A stretch of DNA of 63,999 nt, filler included, from Asterionella formosa (taxonomy: Eukaryota), in assembly GCA_002256025.1 (NCBI GenBank). It is 13 parts of 13 records of this genome, joined end to end, with 100 filler letters (N's around TTAATTAATTAA, not from the genome) between each part and the next. Parts side by side here need not be neighbours in the genome. Positions count along the whole stretch, not along the records: positions 25,166 to 48,674 come from NKIB01002449.1; 12 more parts are not named here. The stretch is one strand, 5' to 3'. The notes beneath the pieces were generated by a model. The model saw only the letters and a list, made by a program, of their open reading frames with translations, was not told the DNA's origin and searched no databases. Both the position numbers and the translations under genes were made by a program. Below, piece by piece: positions 35,077 through 47,201 of the stretch (positions are counted from its first letter, which is position 1; the number at the start of each line of letters is the position of its first letter).

Positions 35077-37486
35077 CTAAACCGTTTCTTCGACCTTGGC
35101 TTGAAGCCAAGGTTTCCGTTTCATTTGTTGAAGTCGCTGGCGGGAGGCCTCATCTCTCAACTCCTTCCGCTTTCGTTCGTTTTGGCGCTCTACAAGGGCC
35201 CTCAGCTCCTTATGAATGGCATCCCCCGCGACCGAATCATTCAACATTGACCCCAACTTCTTGGCAGTTTTTAGAATCAATGTTTGCCCCGCTGTTCGAC
35301 CAGCATGTTCACCGGGTTTTTTGCCAGAAATGGTGCGACCAGAATTTCCAACGCCACCCTTGCCTCCTGACCCTCGTTCGTGTGCGTGTTGCCACTTTAT
35401 ACTGAGATGCGCCATGTCGCCAACTCGAGGCGTGATTGATTTTTTGCAATTCACGGCATCACGACTCATCAGTTCCCCTTCCAATTGATCACATAGAGAG
35501 AAAGAAAGATCCACAAGCTGGCCTTCTAATTCCTCCTTTGACCCTTTGGGAATATTCGTCGAGCCGTCCTTTTTCGCTTGCATCCACTGTTCGGCAATTT
35601 TTCGGGAGGACTCCAATAACCAGGACCGACAGTCATCGAGATCCCAAGTTGTGGCAGGCTTATGCTCCAATACATTTGCTGAGATGATGACTTTGTCAAC
35701 ATCCACCTTTGACATGTCTAGCTGCGTTCCCCCTTTCCCGGCCATACTTGCATTATGCAGTTCATTTCGTCGGTTAGCTCGAGAGCTCATGAGCGCTTCA
35801 CTGTCCTGTGCCTGGCGTGCTTTCATTATCTGCATGCCATCTTTGGACAATTGATCAAAGGCCACGCAAAGACAAGCAGCAATCACACCTTTGAACTGCT
35901 GGACTAACTCGCGATCGTCTCGGAACCCAGCAAATAATTCCTTGGAACGCTGAATTACCGCTTCATGCAAATGCAAAGCATCCCCTACATGCGTCATTTG
36001 CACAAAAGCGTCCTTCTTTTGCCGATCCTTGTATCCAACTATTTTGGAGCAACGCCACATTAGGTTAGTTACTTGGGATCACGACCTCTATCTGCGGTTT
36101 CTTTCAACTTACTCCTCGTCTTTCGCTCTCCTTTTCCAAACTGAGATATATTTAGTTCAGTGTAGGCATGCGCATTTCTCAAAACCGTTTCCAGTCCCTT
36201 ACTTTGAGTACCAAATCCACCTCCTCCGGCAGCCGACATGACTTGTACTCCGCCCAAAGTCGTTGCCATATTGTGTGAATTCGAGTAGAGTCTATTCGGA
36301 ATATCACCGTGGTGATTACGATCAATTTCACCTTTTGAAGCATACACGGATCAGATATGGGTGGAATTCACTCAAGATGGACATGAAAACAACATCAGAA
36401 GGCCAAGTCTCTCACCTTCGAATTTTCGAAATTGAGAACCTTCGTGCATAAGTGATTCAATGACTACAGCGCCACAGTTCTGACAAATAATATCACCATT
36501 CTTTGCATCCATGATAAAATCAGTTTGTTCATTGTTTCCGCAGTTGGTACATTTTTTGTCTACATAGATCAGTGTCAGCAAGTGTCTGAGATAGTTTCGA
36601 CAAAAGTTCATGATAGACACAGTCCAAGCCACGTACCTCGCTCAATATCATGTTCCGCAACTCTAGCAGCCACTGGTGTATCGTCCCCATCTTCTCCTCC
36701 TAAGTTTCTTCCTCTACCCTCAATAACCGTCTCGTAGACGCGCTTCCTGGTCGACCTGAACTCCTGGTCCGACAGTTCCGGACAAAGCATAGTTTGGATC
36801 CTAGAGGGAGTCGTTGCCAGAAAGTCTCCTTCCACTCTAGTCTGTATCGCTCTATGCATCGCTAGAGCAAAGTTCCTAAGTTTCCCCAATGTTGTGGTTG
36901 CCGTCGGAATCATCGTTTGCCGTTCCATAGTCGACATCATTTTGGCATCCACAATCCCCCCGGCTTGTCCTGCGAGTGCATTGACGAGTCCCGCAATCGT
37001 GAGCTGCACCAATACGCTGCCTTCACATTTAGGTACTTCTTCCGTCTGTCCGATCCAAATGCCATGAGGATCTGGGATTTCCGGCAATTCTTCCGTCTTT
37101 TGACGCTTTGTCGGTGGGTCCTCCGTCGGCGATTGCTGTTCACTCATGAGGGTCTGGACGGCTTCCAAGAGGTTCTGAAGCAGGCGCTTACCAATGGAAA
37201 CTTTTTCTGAATATGCGCCGTCGGAATTGTTGGGGTTTTCGGCTGTTACACGAGATTTGAAATGAAAGTAATCATGAGAAATCTCTTGTTGTTGCACTTG
37301 TACAAATTTCCATAAGGAGGAGAAGCGAAATCCCAACAATCGTGCGTCCCGTTCCATCCTTGCGAAACGTTTTATTTACTCACTTTTTGGAATAAGCACA
37401 TTTATTGATTGGAGCCATTCACCTATTCCCTTTGTGTCCATGTCCCAGATAGGGGTGGCCGCTACAGCAACAGAAGAAGTTGACAT
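35077..37486 (-). CDS. TFIIB-related protein with internal zinc ribbon, about 677 aa; exons 37486-37384, 37242-36637, 36559-36416, 36331-36113, 36038-35077
   Basis: CTNC-x17-CQNCG ribbon followed by the B-reader-like EGSQFRKFEGEIDRNHHGD and a cyclin-fold-like segment (ALHLHEAVIQRSKELF...VIAACLCVA). Four phase-compatible GT..AG introns. Confidence 0.8.
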
Positions 37487-37949
37487 GATGATTTTATTTT
37501 ATAGAATCACCATCAGTTTCTAAATTGATGGGAATCCATATGGCCGTACCGTCACATTTATAATACTTTCGACCGTCGGTAATTTAATCAATAGATAGCT
37601 ACCGGTATACCGCTTGCATTGTTTTAGTTATACATGTATATGGAAAATAAACAAAACACGCACAGCAAAATTAGAACCTACATACTACGTCGCATATCTA
37701 TGAAGAATAGTACCAGGTACCTGGTACCTGGTACTACATATGTATGGACTAGTACGATATTACCTTCAGTACCTGGTACTCAGTCACCCTCATCAACATC
37801 ATTCATATTATCGAATCATTATGTAGTAAACATACCGGTAGTCTGTTACTGCCTTCATTCCTTCTGTGTCAATCGCCCTCCTGACATATCCACTAGACCT
37901 ACCATCAACAGAGCATTGTATAGTGTATATATAGAGAAAAACAATAGCA

Positions 37950-38843
37950 ATGGCATCATTAGCCAATGTCGAACACAGAAACCAAGATGCGACGTGTTAC
38001 GTCGGAAATTTGGATGCCCAGTGCACTGAGCAACTCTTGACGGAGCTCTTTACACAAGTCGGTAGAGTGCAATCAGTGCACATGCCTAGAGACAAAGTTA
38101 CGCAGCAACATAACGGCTTTGGATTTGTTGAATTCCTTGACATTGTCGATGCAGACTATGCCATGACAGTCCTCAATATGATCAAGCTATTTGGTAGACC
38201 CATTCGTGTCAGCAAGTCGTCCCTGACCAGCAAGACGGAGCTTTCTAGGGATGTGGGGGCGAACATTTTCGTTGGAAACCTCGACCCAAATGATGTAGAC
38301 GAATCCCTGCTGTACGAGACATTCTCTGCCTTTGGCACTCTCATTCGGCAGCCGAAAATTAGCCGTGACCAAAACACTGGGGAAAGCAGGGGCTTCGGCT
38401 TTGTCAATTTCGATTCATTTGAAGCCTCGGACATGGCCATTGACTGCATGCACAACCAGTATCTCTGCAATCGACAAATTGTGGTCCAATATGCATTAAA
38501 GAAACAAGAAGATGGCGAACCATCGAACGAACGACATGGCAGTCGAGCCGAGCGAATGTTGGCAGCCCAGAGACAAACTCAGCTCAAAAATGCAACTGGA
38601 GGGATTACTACCTTCAAGCCAAACACCAAATTCGCGACTACTATTATCACGAACGGGTCTATTCTCCCACCACCCCCTCCCCACATCATGCCGCCCATTG
38701 CCTCGCAATTGCTTCCTCCGATGCCTCCTCAAATGCCTCCCCCTCCGCCGCCGTTACCTCACAATAGTTTTGGTGGTGCCTTTCTTCCGCCACCACCGCC
38801 ACCTCCTCCTCCATTGCCTCCTCCTCCTCCTCCTCCTCGGTGA
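37950..38843 (+). CDS. SF3B4: Splicing factor 3B subunit 4 (SAP49)
   Basis: Starts [14 protein letters not shown]. Two RRMs ([15 protein letters not shown]), [13 protein letters not shown] and a Pro-rich tail. Confidence 0.95.
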   Translation: MASLANVEHRNQDATCYVGNLDAQCTEQLLTELFTQVGRVQSVHMPRDKVTQQHNGFGFVEFLDIVDADYAMTVLNMIKLFGRPIRVSKSSLTSKTELSRDVGANIFVGNLDPNDVDESLLYETFSAFGTLIRQPKISRDQNTGESRGFGFVNFDSFEASDMAIDCMHNQYLCNRQIVVQYALKKQEDGEPSNERHGSRAERMLAAQRQTQLKNATGGITTFKPNTKFATTIITNGSILPPPPPHIMPPIASQLLPPMPPQMPPPPPPLPHNSFGGAFLPPPPPPPPPLPPPPPPPR

Positions 38844-39295
38844 TCAAGTACATCGTACACAGACTATAGTGTGGAAAGGAGTAATCATACGTATAGTATA
38901 CCTACCAAGGAGAAATGACGAGTGCACGTTTTCTTTTCACAGGGAAAGTAATTATTATATACCTTCAATTGAAACATGAATAGATTTAACTACCCGGTAG
39001 GCATTTTCTCTGCTTGATTTGATGCTAAATAAATAACAAATAAGGATATCGAGGTTTCAGTGGAGAAAATGTAGTGTGACAGTGCCGTCATATACGTGTG
39101 CATTGAATCATTGTTTAAGTGAAATAAGTTTCAGGTCAATACAATTCTGTTGACTTACTATTATGAAAACCCCGACAGCATTGAAGAATCAACGCGGACA
39201 ATCAAACGGCTTGAATTACAAATCCATCGGAAAATTTATATTGGATAAAAATGCCCAATGATAATTGTTTTGAATATGTTTTGAGTAACAATGGA

Positions 39296-40426
39296 TCAAA
39301 CACATGATTCCAGAAAGGCACGCTGTTCCAGGATCTGCGGCGCGAGAAATGCTTCAAACGTGCTGGCGGACATTGCAGGATAGTCGCTGCCATAATCGAC
39401 TTGTTTGAAAAGAGTCAAAATTCTTTTTTCTGTAACCAAGATTTCCCCACTGATGTTATCTACACTGTTGCGAAGTCGTTCCCCTCCATGCCAGCATCGG
39501 GGATCGTCCATCCCATCGGACGTTCTAGAAAAGAATAGCAAGAGTCGTCCCACCTTGGGCTGCACCCGAATCGCAGTCTGAGTGCCTGGGTTTTCGAAAT
39601 AATTGCTTCCTACTCGAGTCTCCAATAACTTGGCATCTACCTCACGCCGTATACCATTTCGCCGAACAAGACCGCAACTTCTGGTGTGGCTTATTTTCTC
39701 CTCCAAGAGACGACGTGATGCAAGCAAGGCAGGGTCACTCTCTAGTGCACGTGCAAGAGGAAACATTGTCGCTCCGCCACATTCAACAGGGACATTATTG
39801 AGATACAGAATTGCTGTCGCGTGACGAAATATACAGTCGTTGTTGGTGTCCATGTGTATCCCGTCAGGAAAGGTAACGTCTGCTGATGAATTGTTGTTGG
39901 GATCACTTGAGGACGCACTGTTGAATCGCAGACCATCCAAAAGGCTTGTTTGCCCTTTAAACAACACATCTGCAACCTTTTGCCTAAAACTGAGCTGGAC
40001 AGACTCTGAAGTTTCGGCCCGAGAGCACGATTCAGCGTCGACAAAGTCGTCCATGGTAAAAATAAGGGGTGTGCTAGAGATCTGTACAAGGCGTTTCCTC
40101 TTGTGAAATGGAAGCTTCTTTCCCTCATTCTCAAAATATCGTGTAAACCCGATAAACTCATCGTAGTCATCGTCATGGGATGAATCATCATCTGCCTTTA
40201 TTCTCGATTTCTCATTCATGCCAAATCCGTCACCTCCACTGCTTTTGTCGGATCGCTTTTGACCATTCTTGTTCGCTTTGGCAGCGAGACCGGCGGATGA
40301 AGCAATCAAATTGTGGTGAGACGAATGTACAGGTATCGTCGCCTGAAATCCAAGTGCCAGCATTACTCTGCTGAAACCAAGGCCATTGTTCAGGCAGAGA
40401 ATGATCAGGGCCACATGGACTTTCAT
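39296..40426 (-). CDS. 2OG-Fe(II) dioxygenase (prolyl 4-hydroxylase-like) with signal or plastid presequence
   Basis: HxD (IHMDTN), ATAILYLN...GGATMFP, RVQPKVGRLLLFFS, CWHGG. Likely start MKVHVALIILCL at 40426; the ORF extends to 40489. Confidence 0.8.
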   Translation of the reverse strand: MKVHVALIILCLNNGLGFSRVMLALGFQATIPVHSSHHNLIASSAGLAAKANKNGQKRSDKSSGGDGFGMNEKSRIKADDDSSHDDDYDEFIGFTRYFENEGKKLPFHKRKRLVQISSTPLIFTMDDFVDAESCSRAETSESVQLSFRQKVADVLFKGQTSLLDGLRFNSASSSDPNNNSSADVTFPDGIHMDTNNDCIFRHATAILYLNNVPVECGGATMFPLARALESDPALLASRRLLEEKISHTRSCGLVRRNGIRREVDAKLLETRVGSNYFENPGTQTAIRVQPKVGRLLLFFSRTSDGMDDPRCWHGGERLRNSVDNISGEILVTEKRILTLFKQVDYGSDYPAMSASTFEAFLAPQILEQRAFLESCV

Positions 40427-40661
40427 TTTCAGGATGATGCAGGCAGCAGAAGTATTTTTGAGAGTGATGAGCGTCGATAAAATATTCATCAGAATTGATT
40501 TTTCACTATCGGGTAATAATAGGCAGCTAGCTAGATATGATGATTGTTACCTAATCAATGGATGAGTACTTCGCTCCTGATGCATGTCCGTCTGTTTTTA
40601 TATTGTTCTTTGATGGCTGTTGGACGCGCTTTTCTGTTTCGAATCCCCTCGGACAACATAA

Positions 40662-41768
40662 GGGCCGTTCTTATCATTCGTCCGAATTTGCTGTATTATT
40701 TCCGGGTTGCGGGTAAAAAGTGACGGTTGGTGGTATCAAAACACGGTATCAGCAACAGTAACTTGATGGTTTCAATTTTGTATCATTAATAGAAAATTGA
40801 TACCTTTTTTGTCCCCTCCAAAACGGTATCAGTGATACTGACGTATTCACGCAGGTATCATTTCCGTTGTCACTAATAAAATAACCGAAAATACTAGATC
40901 TTTCAATGTCAATGAATCAGACATAGCTAGAATTGGATAGTGATCATGATAATCACGAACATGGTTCAATTAATGATGAAGAATTCAAATTCGATGAAGA
41001 TTACGAAGATGATGATAGGAACAACAAAGTTCAAGAGGAGGCAAAGGCTCGAAGGGACATTTTATAAGTCTTTTCAAAAGCGTCCTCATTACACAGCTTC
41101 TTGACATGAGAATGCCATCATGACATTCTCTCGTGCTCCCATTTCGCCTTCCTTTTTTAACTGTCATTTCAGTCGCCGGAGCTAGATGACGAAGGATACA
41201 TAATTGATGATGGTCATCATCATCAAAGAATTGATGGTTGTTTTCATTACCAAAAAAAAGATTACTGAGGCGATGACATCGTCACCATCATTATCATTGC
41301 AATCATTGATGTTCATGGCACCCTCAGTCCAATATTGATCCACTTGTTCGTCGTTGGGCACTGATAATGCTGACATGGTGCTGATTGCTTGTAAACCTGG
41401 AAGGGGATCACAAGCGGAAGTGTAAGGAGAAGTGTAAATACAATCTTGCATGTCTGTTTCGATTCATTGCTAATCAAGAATTTAGCAGGTGTATCAGCTA
41501 TAGATTCTATACTGGTACACAATACGCGTAGTTTTTCTACATGGTTTTAGAACTGGAAAATCATCAAAATAGTCTGGAGGGAAGCCTGGAGGGATATGCA
41601 CATGATTGTAGCAAGCCCATAACCGTTGAATTTTCGTGATACATTTTGGTGATACAATTTTGTTTTTGTTTTTGTGGAGAATGGATTTTTTCGGTTTAAA
41701 TCAAGTGGTCGTTGCATGATACTTTTTCAAAAAATATAATACTAAATCGAAAATGATAAGAACGACCC
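40662..41768. mobile_element. Complete non-autonomous PIF/Harbinger element (1107 bp)
   Basis: TIRs GGGCCGTTCTTATCATT / AATGATAAGAACGACCC with TAA target-site duplication on both sides (40659-40661, 41769-41771). GTATCA subterminal motifs are present. Confidence 0.92.
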
Positions 41769-42886
41769 TAAGGCAATCTGCTTCATCTGATTATGTCCAG
41801 GTGGTTTGATCATAGTAACATGTTATTTATATAATAGTCTAGTATGTATATATGAATAATAAAAAATAACATAAATGAAAAGCTTACCAGGTATTGGAAA
41901 GTATTATTATGCATACCAGTAGTATGCTATTGAGCATGCAATTATGTACGGAGTACATTTTTACGAAATAAAATTTTGTTGACAATCATGGTTTCACTTG
42001 TGTGTTTTCGAAAAGAGTGAGCTAAATAAAATAAATGTGAATTGAAATGTAGCTTTGATTAAAAAATGTAAACTCCAACATGTTTCTCAAATGAATAGCT
42101 CATTGTTCATAAGAGGCAAGTTGCTTTGTTCCTACAGGCTTAGCAAATACTAGAGTACTTTCTCCTTTTCTTCCCTTGTCATATATTTGATATTTATCCA
42201 TTTAGCCTGTTTTGATCCTAGGACATGGATGCTCCTTGAATGAATACTTCTTTCAGGTATCTCCAATAAAATAATTTGATTGCTTCTCAATCCCTTGGAA
42301 ATAACTGATAAGTCGCTTCAATTACTCTTAGTAGTTTAACGTTGTTAGAAACTAGCTAAGTGAACCTGTTTGGTAAATGTAGGTTCAACATCTCAGATTT
42401 ACTATCAGTAAACTCACTTTCTTGCATGGAGTTCAACCCTCAACATCGTTTGTTACCAAATGTCTGAAGGTCAACAGTCTTGGTACATTTTAGTGCATTG
42501 TTCCATCTAACCTGATGACATGACAAATGGAAATTATATCTTCACACAGCATCAGTCGAAACCTCATTTAGGAATGAGGAATCATGAATCAAGAAACTTT
42601 CCGTGTTTTAACTACCATCATACATCATCTATTGTACCAGGGGTACGGAGTACCAGGTACCGTATCATCAAATGTCATCCTCTATTGTACTCGACAAGCA
42701 CTGGAATACTGCTCTAATTTGAAGTGAAGCAATGATTGCTCTATCTATTTATCGGTACTGGTACCTGTTACCAGGAACCTGGTGTACCGGTGTTAATGTT
42801 CATGGAATAAAACCTGTTCTTCCACTTTTATTTCATAGATACACATGTTGTAGTCAGCTTTCACCTACATACAAAGTGTGGCCATC

Positions 42887-44086
42887 ATGTCATCTAAATT
42901 AGCATATCTCTCGAAATACACACAAGCAGTATGCGATACTACTGCTATTGCAAAGGAGAAGAAAAAGAGCAAGAAGCACAAGAAGAAATCATCAGAAAGG
43001 AAACGTAAAAATACCGATTTGGTCCTAGAGTTTGACGACGATGCTATTTTGCCTCCACCTCCCGATGACGACAATGAAGAGAACGAAGAAGAGAATCTTC
43101 CGACGATCGTAGACATTGGTTCTAGCGTATCTCCGTGTCGTTCTAACGAAAACTTGACTGACAAGACCCTGACGGTGGATACTGCTAGTCAAGCCAACTA
43201 CCGTGATTCTGATGGTCATAGAAGGCGACAACTCCATTCTGACCGCAATGATCCACCAAGAAGAAAACGATACGATTCTGGTTTAGAGGAAAGAAAAGGT
43301 GGTGGACGGAGATTTGATTCTGACGAAGAGGATTTACCTGAAACAAAAAGCAAGAATGCAAACCATGAGCCACCATCCGTAAGGAGACATTTACATGATT
43401 CTGATGATGAGGAAAGCGCGATACAAACAAGTCGAAAGCATAGGTACGATTCAGATGACGAACAACGACCTACTCAACGAAACAAACGCTTCGATTCGGA
43501 CGACGAAGACACTCGAAGTCGTATGTCATCAGGTCATAACGCTGGCCTCCAACATGCTGGTGACTTCCGCGAGGCGGAAATTATGATACAAGAAATAAAG
43601 AAGGAAGCTACTCAATCCATGATAGACCGTCAAGGAGTGGGAGAAACTGTCTATCGAGATGATCTAGGCAGAAAGGTTGATGAAGTCAAAAACAAGAAAC
43701 AACCAAAAATGGACCAGAGGGAACAATCACTCCTAAACAAAGGCCGAGCTCAAAAAGAGGAGGAGGCTCGCATCATAATGGAATTAAACACCCTAAAAGA
43801 AAGTAGCTTTGCTCGTCATGCCGACGATGAAGGCATGAACGACATGTTCAGGGATGAGCTTCGTGACGGTGATCCCATGGCAGCGCATTCAGAGGCAAGG
43901 TCGACAATCGGAAGACCAGTTTACAAAGGTCCTCCACCGAAACCAAATCGCTATGGCATACAACCAGGGTATCGTTGGGATGGCGTGGACCGCGGCAATG
44001 GATTCGAGGACAAGGTGCTGGCTCGAAAATTTAGTTCACAGCGAAAGACAGAAGACTCTTATCGATGGAGCTCTGCAGACATGTGA
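42887..44086 (+). CDS. BUD13: Pre-mRNA splicing factor BUD13/CWC26 (RES complex)
   Basis: N-terminal KLAYLSKY, RRxDSD repeats, ETVYRD..GRK, DPMA, PNRYGIQPGYRWDGVDRGNGFE, YRWSSADM. Confidence 0.95.
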   Translation: MSSKLAYLSKYTQAVCDTTAIAKEKKKSKKHKKKSSERKRKNTDLVLEFDDDAILPPPPDDDNEENEEENLPTIVDIGSSVSPCRSNENLTDKTLTVDTASQANYRDSDGHRRRQLHSDRNDPPRRKRYDSGLEERKGGGRRFDSDEEDLPETKSKNANHEPPSVRRHLHDSDDEESAIQTSRKHRYDSDDEQRPTQRNKRFDSDDEDTRSRMSSGHNAGLQHAGDFREAEIMIQEIKKEATQSMIDRQGVGETVYRDDLGRKVDEVKNKKQPKMDQREQSLLNKGRAQKEEEARIIMELNTLKESSFARHADDEGMNDMFRDELRDGDPMAAHSEARSTIGRPVYKGPPPKPNRYGIQPGYRWDGVDRGNGFEDKVLARKFSSQRKTEDSYRWSSADM

Positions 44087-44150
44087 AGCCAACATGATTA
44101 TAGGCATTGTATTAACATTTAATAATCTTTGAACCTTTTCATTATAAATC

Positions 44151-47100
44151 CTAGAATTTTGCCATGATCTCTCCATCTTTACTTGAACCGTCACCTTTCA
44201 CCAGCACGGGTACTCGAATAACTCTCCCGATGCACACCGCCACTTTCATGGCATCTGGCGTGTTACCAACTGATTTCCACTGAGCTTCCACTCCAGCAAC
44301 AGTTACGGTGAGTTTGTCAAGTTTTGTCGATGGAATATATAGAAACACGAAACCAGCTCGGTCACAATCTTTTCTCATCTGAATAGCCATACTCGTCGGT
44401 GTTGATTCGAAATATTTCACTTCGTAACCGCAAGAAAAATGGAGATTGCTTCCAATGTAGTCCGGCATCGTTGGGTTCACCCTTTTGAAGTGAAAGATTT
44501 CCGTCGCGTGGGCAGCAAGAGTTTTACTCAACGCGTGATCTTGCGTATTTTCTCTAGGGTCCGGCCTCCATGTATACTCTGATGACCAAAATGAAAAGAT
44601 ATGAAACCCATGTTCACTAATTGGGCCGTGGTCATGACTGTCAATAGTCTCACCAGCATTCCAACCCGTCGAGGGAGATTGTAGCAATTCAAGGGCTTTG
44701 GCAGGAATACGAACTGTTGTAATCTGATCCGTCCAATTGCTAACGGAAAGGAGTGTCCACGTACCAAGTCCCTTGGCAACCCGGACACAGTTTCTACGAC
44801 GATCGGATGGCGCTTGGGCAGGCCCATCGGGAGAAAACGACGCATATCGAGCGAGCAAAGTCGACTCGCGGTTGTGATCAGATTCTTCTGTTCCATCAAT
44901 CGGCTGGTATCGATCAGAGCACCAAAGCCGCAACAAACTTGGAAGACCATCAGTAGCACTATGCAAGTCCAAAACAACAGCAGTGGCTCCAGTCATAGGT
45001 AATATCTTTGTTGCAATATTCATTCTTCCAGCGCTCACTTTCATCAAATCATCCGACAATAAAAGCATTCCACAAGTCATGGCAATAATTGACGCAGCGC
45101 TGGCGACTTCTATATCAGTCAATCTGGTTGTTTCTCCGAGTAGGAGGCAGTCTGGATCGTTGTGCCACCATCTATGGCCAAGTGGAGCTCTCGACATTGA
45201 GTTTCGAATCATTGCTCGAAGTGCTGGGAGGGTGCCGTTATCCCAATACGGAAATGGCAATGCAGGATACCAAGTAGGTCCGGTATCAGCACTGACGCGC
45301 ATACCATCAACGTAGCCAATTCCGGGTCCAATAGGGCACCCACATCCAATCAAAAATACATGAGGTCCAGCAGCTGCCCGAACAGTCTGAAGGGCCAAAT
45401 GCATTGCTTCCGCCCTTGTCATCGATAAATCATATTTACCATTTCCCGATAGACAAGCGGAGTACATAAAGTCGATTTTGAGAACTTCGAATCCCCAATC
45501 AAAGACGGCTCGTCGAACGCATCCATATACATACTCCCGTACGTTGGGGTTCGTGACATCCAGCCCGTAGAACCACTTGCCACAATTACCTGAATTAGCG
45601 ATACGACCTTCATCGTTGTGAATAATCCAATCAGGGTGTTGTTTTGCGATCTTGGAACCTTTGTCGCAGGCAAAAGGAGCCAGCCACAGACCTGGCTTCA
45701 TTCCGTTGTTTCGGATATCACTAGCCACTGCTTTCAAGCCATCCCCAGGAAACTTTCCTGGCTTCAACGAATCCCAGTCGCCCCAGGCCGTCATGTAGCC
45801 ATCATCAACAACCGCCACGTTTGTGGGAATTTTCGGTTTCATCACAGCAAGTTTTTTGAAATTCTCCTTGAGAGTGGCAGCGGTTATTTTTTCATAGTAG
45901 TGATACCACGAACACCAGCCTGTCAAAATCGGTCCATTTTGTAAGGGTCTTGCGACGTTGTGAGAGGCAACAGCATGTAAAAAATGCACCATGGGCTCCT
46001 CGTCGTAGCAGGTCGGAGAAACCAATTGAAGATATGCCCAGTCAGACTGAGTGGACATTTTCAAAATTTGCGCGTCGCCAGATGCATGCATAGTGACACG
46101 TTCAAGACAGTGATCAACCAGCACAATCCCAAAGTGGTGATGTTGTGACAACCAGCCCGCGACGAGTGCAGGGCCTCCCATTTCATCCAGTGCTTTCTGT
46201 GGCAAATTCCGCAGTAAAGTATCATTTTGACCATGTGTCATTCCATCAGACGTAATGCAAGTGAAAAATTCTGACTGGTAGCCATGGTCTTTCTTTCGGC
46301 CCAGGACGGAGTTAAGACTGTCACAGTGATTGATACCATTAATGTTGGCCGTCGGTGGAGGTGATCCACCATTATTAAAAGCCCAACTAGCAAGATTTGG
46401 CATGGCAGTTGACGGTTGTGGCTCCCCTTTGGCAACACTTCCACTGAATGACCACGATTGGTATCCGTTGATGTAGACATGTGTCGGTGAGCTTTCATGC
46501 TTGGACGCATCAAGCTTGCCATCCAGGACCGTTATGGTTTCCAGAGCTACACGAGAGCAGGCTGGCAGCTGAATTTTCCATAGCACCGGTGCTCCGTGCT
46601 CGGCAACCACATGAATCGGCATGGCAAATGTAATTACGATACCAATATGATCAGTAACTTCCAACGAATCTGGTTCCTCCTTGATGCGGTCCCAATTGTG
46701 TGACCGATGATGAGGTAGAGCCCATTGCTTAGAAAGAGCCTGGTGATCAACTCTTAGTATGCATGAATTAGTTTCCATCTTCTTCCTCTTCAAAAACAAT
46801 CGAATACCTCGGCAAGCGCCAACTCCTCGAATAGACAATGTGTCCAGTTCCTGGACTCTTTGAATATCATTCGTAGTGTAGACCTGAGATATGATGTCAA
46901 CATATTTCTTATTTGTGCCGCACGCTCGTCGACAATAATCCCTTGTAGCACTTATATTGGTGTATTCAGGAAGGCTTTGCCACGCCGGCCTGTATGTGAT
47001 CTTGAGAAGGTAATCTGAGCTAATCGACCAGTACGGCCCGTGGAAGTTCCAACCAGAGCTTGCCTCCAGCAAAGAAGCAGTTTCCGAAACATGAGATCCA

Positions 47101-47201
47101 TCTGTTGTTCCAAGACACTCGGTATGGTTGTTCGTTGATCGAAGTTCCATAGACTCCCCGGTCGGGCGCTTCAACGAAAACACCCAATCACAGCTGTTCA
47201 T
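44151..47201 (-). CDS. Alpha-galactosidase, glycoside hydrolase family 36
   Basis: GWCSWYHYY, VVDDGY...WGDW, GLWLAPF, LKIDF, MRVSADTGP, WHNDPDCL in an uninterrupted 1016-aa ORF. Confidence 0.92.
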   Translation of the reverse strand: MNSCDWVFSLKRPTGESMELRSTNNHTECLGTTDGSHVSETASLLEASSGWNFHGPYWSISSDYLLKITYRPAWQSLPEYTNISATRDYCRRACGTNKKYVDIISQVYTTNDIQRVQELDTLSIRGVGACRGIRLFLKRKKMETNSCILRVDHQALSKQWALPHHRSHNWDRIKEEPDSLEVTDHIGIVITFAMPIHVVAEHGAPVLWKIQLPACSRVALETITVLDGKLDASKHESSPTHVYINGYQSWSFSGSVAKGEPQPSTAMPNLASWAFNNGGSPPPTANINGINHCDSLNSVLGRKKDHGYQSEFFTCITSDGMTHGQNDTLLRNLPQKALDEMGGPALVAGWLSQHHHFGIVLVDHCLERVTMHASGDAQILKMSTQSDWAYLQLVSPTCYDEEPMVHFLHAVASHNVARPLQNGPILTGWCSWYHYYEKITAATLKENFKKLAVMKPKIPTNVAVVDDGYMTAWGDWDSLKPGKFPGDGLKAVASDIRNNGMKPGLWLAPFACDKGSKIAKQHPDWIIHNDEGRIANSGNCGKWFYGLDVTNPNVREYVYGCVRRAVFDWGFEVLKIDFMYSACLSGNGKYDLSMTRAEAMHLALQTVRAAAGPHVFLIGCGCPIGPGIGYVDGMRVSADTGPTWYPALPFPYWDNGTLPALRAMIRNSMSRAPLGHRWWHNDPDCLLLGETTRLTDIEVASAASIIAMTCGMLLLSDDLMKVSAGRMNIATKILPMTGATAVVLDLHSATDGLPSLLRLWCSDRYQPIDGTEESDHNRESTLLARYASFSPDGPAQAPSDRRRNCVRVAKGLGTWTLLSVSNWTDQITTVRIPAKALELLQSPSTGWNAGETIDSHDHGPISEHGFHIFSFWSSEYTWRPDPRENTQDHALSKTLAAHATEIFHFKRVNPTMPDYIGSNLHFSCGYEVKYFESTPTSMAIQMRKDCDRAGFVFLYIPSTKLDKLTVTVAGVEAQWKSVGNTPDAMKVAVCIGRVIRVPVLVKGDGSSKDGEIMAKF

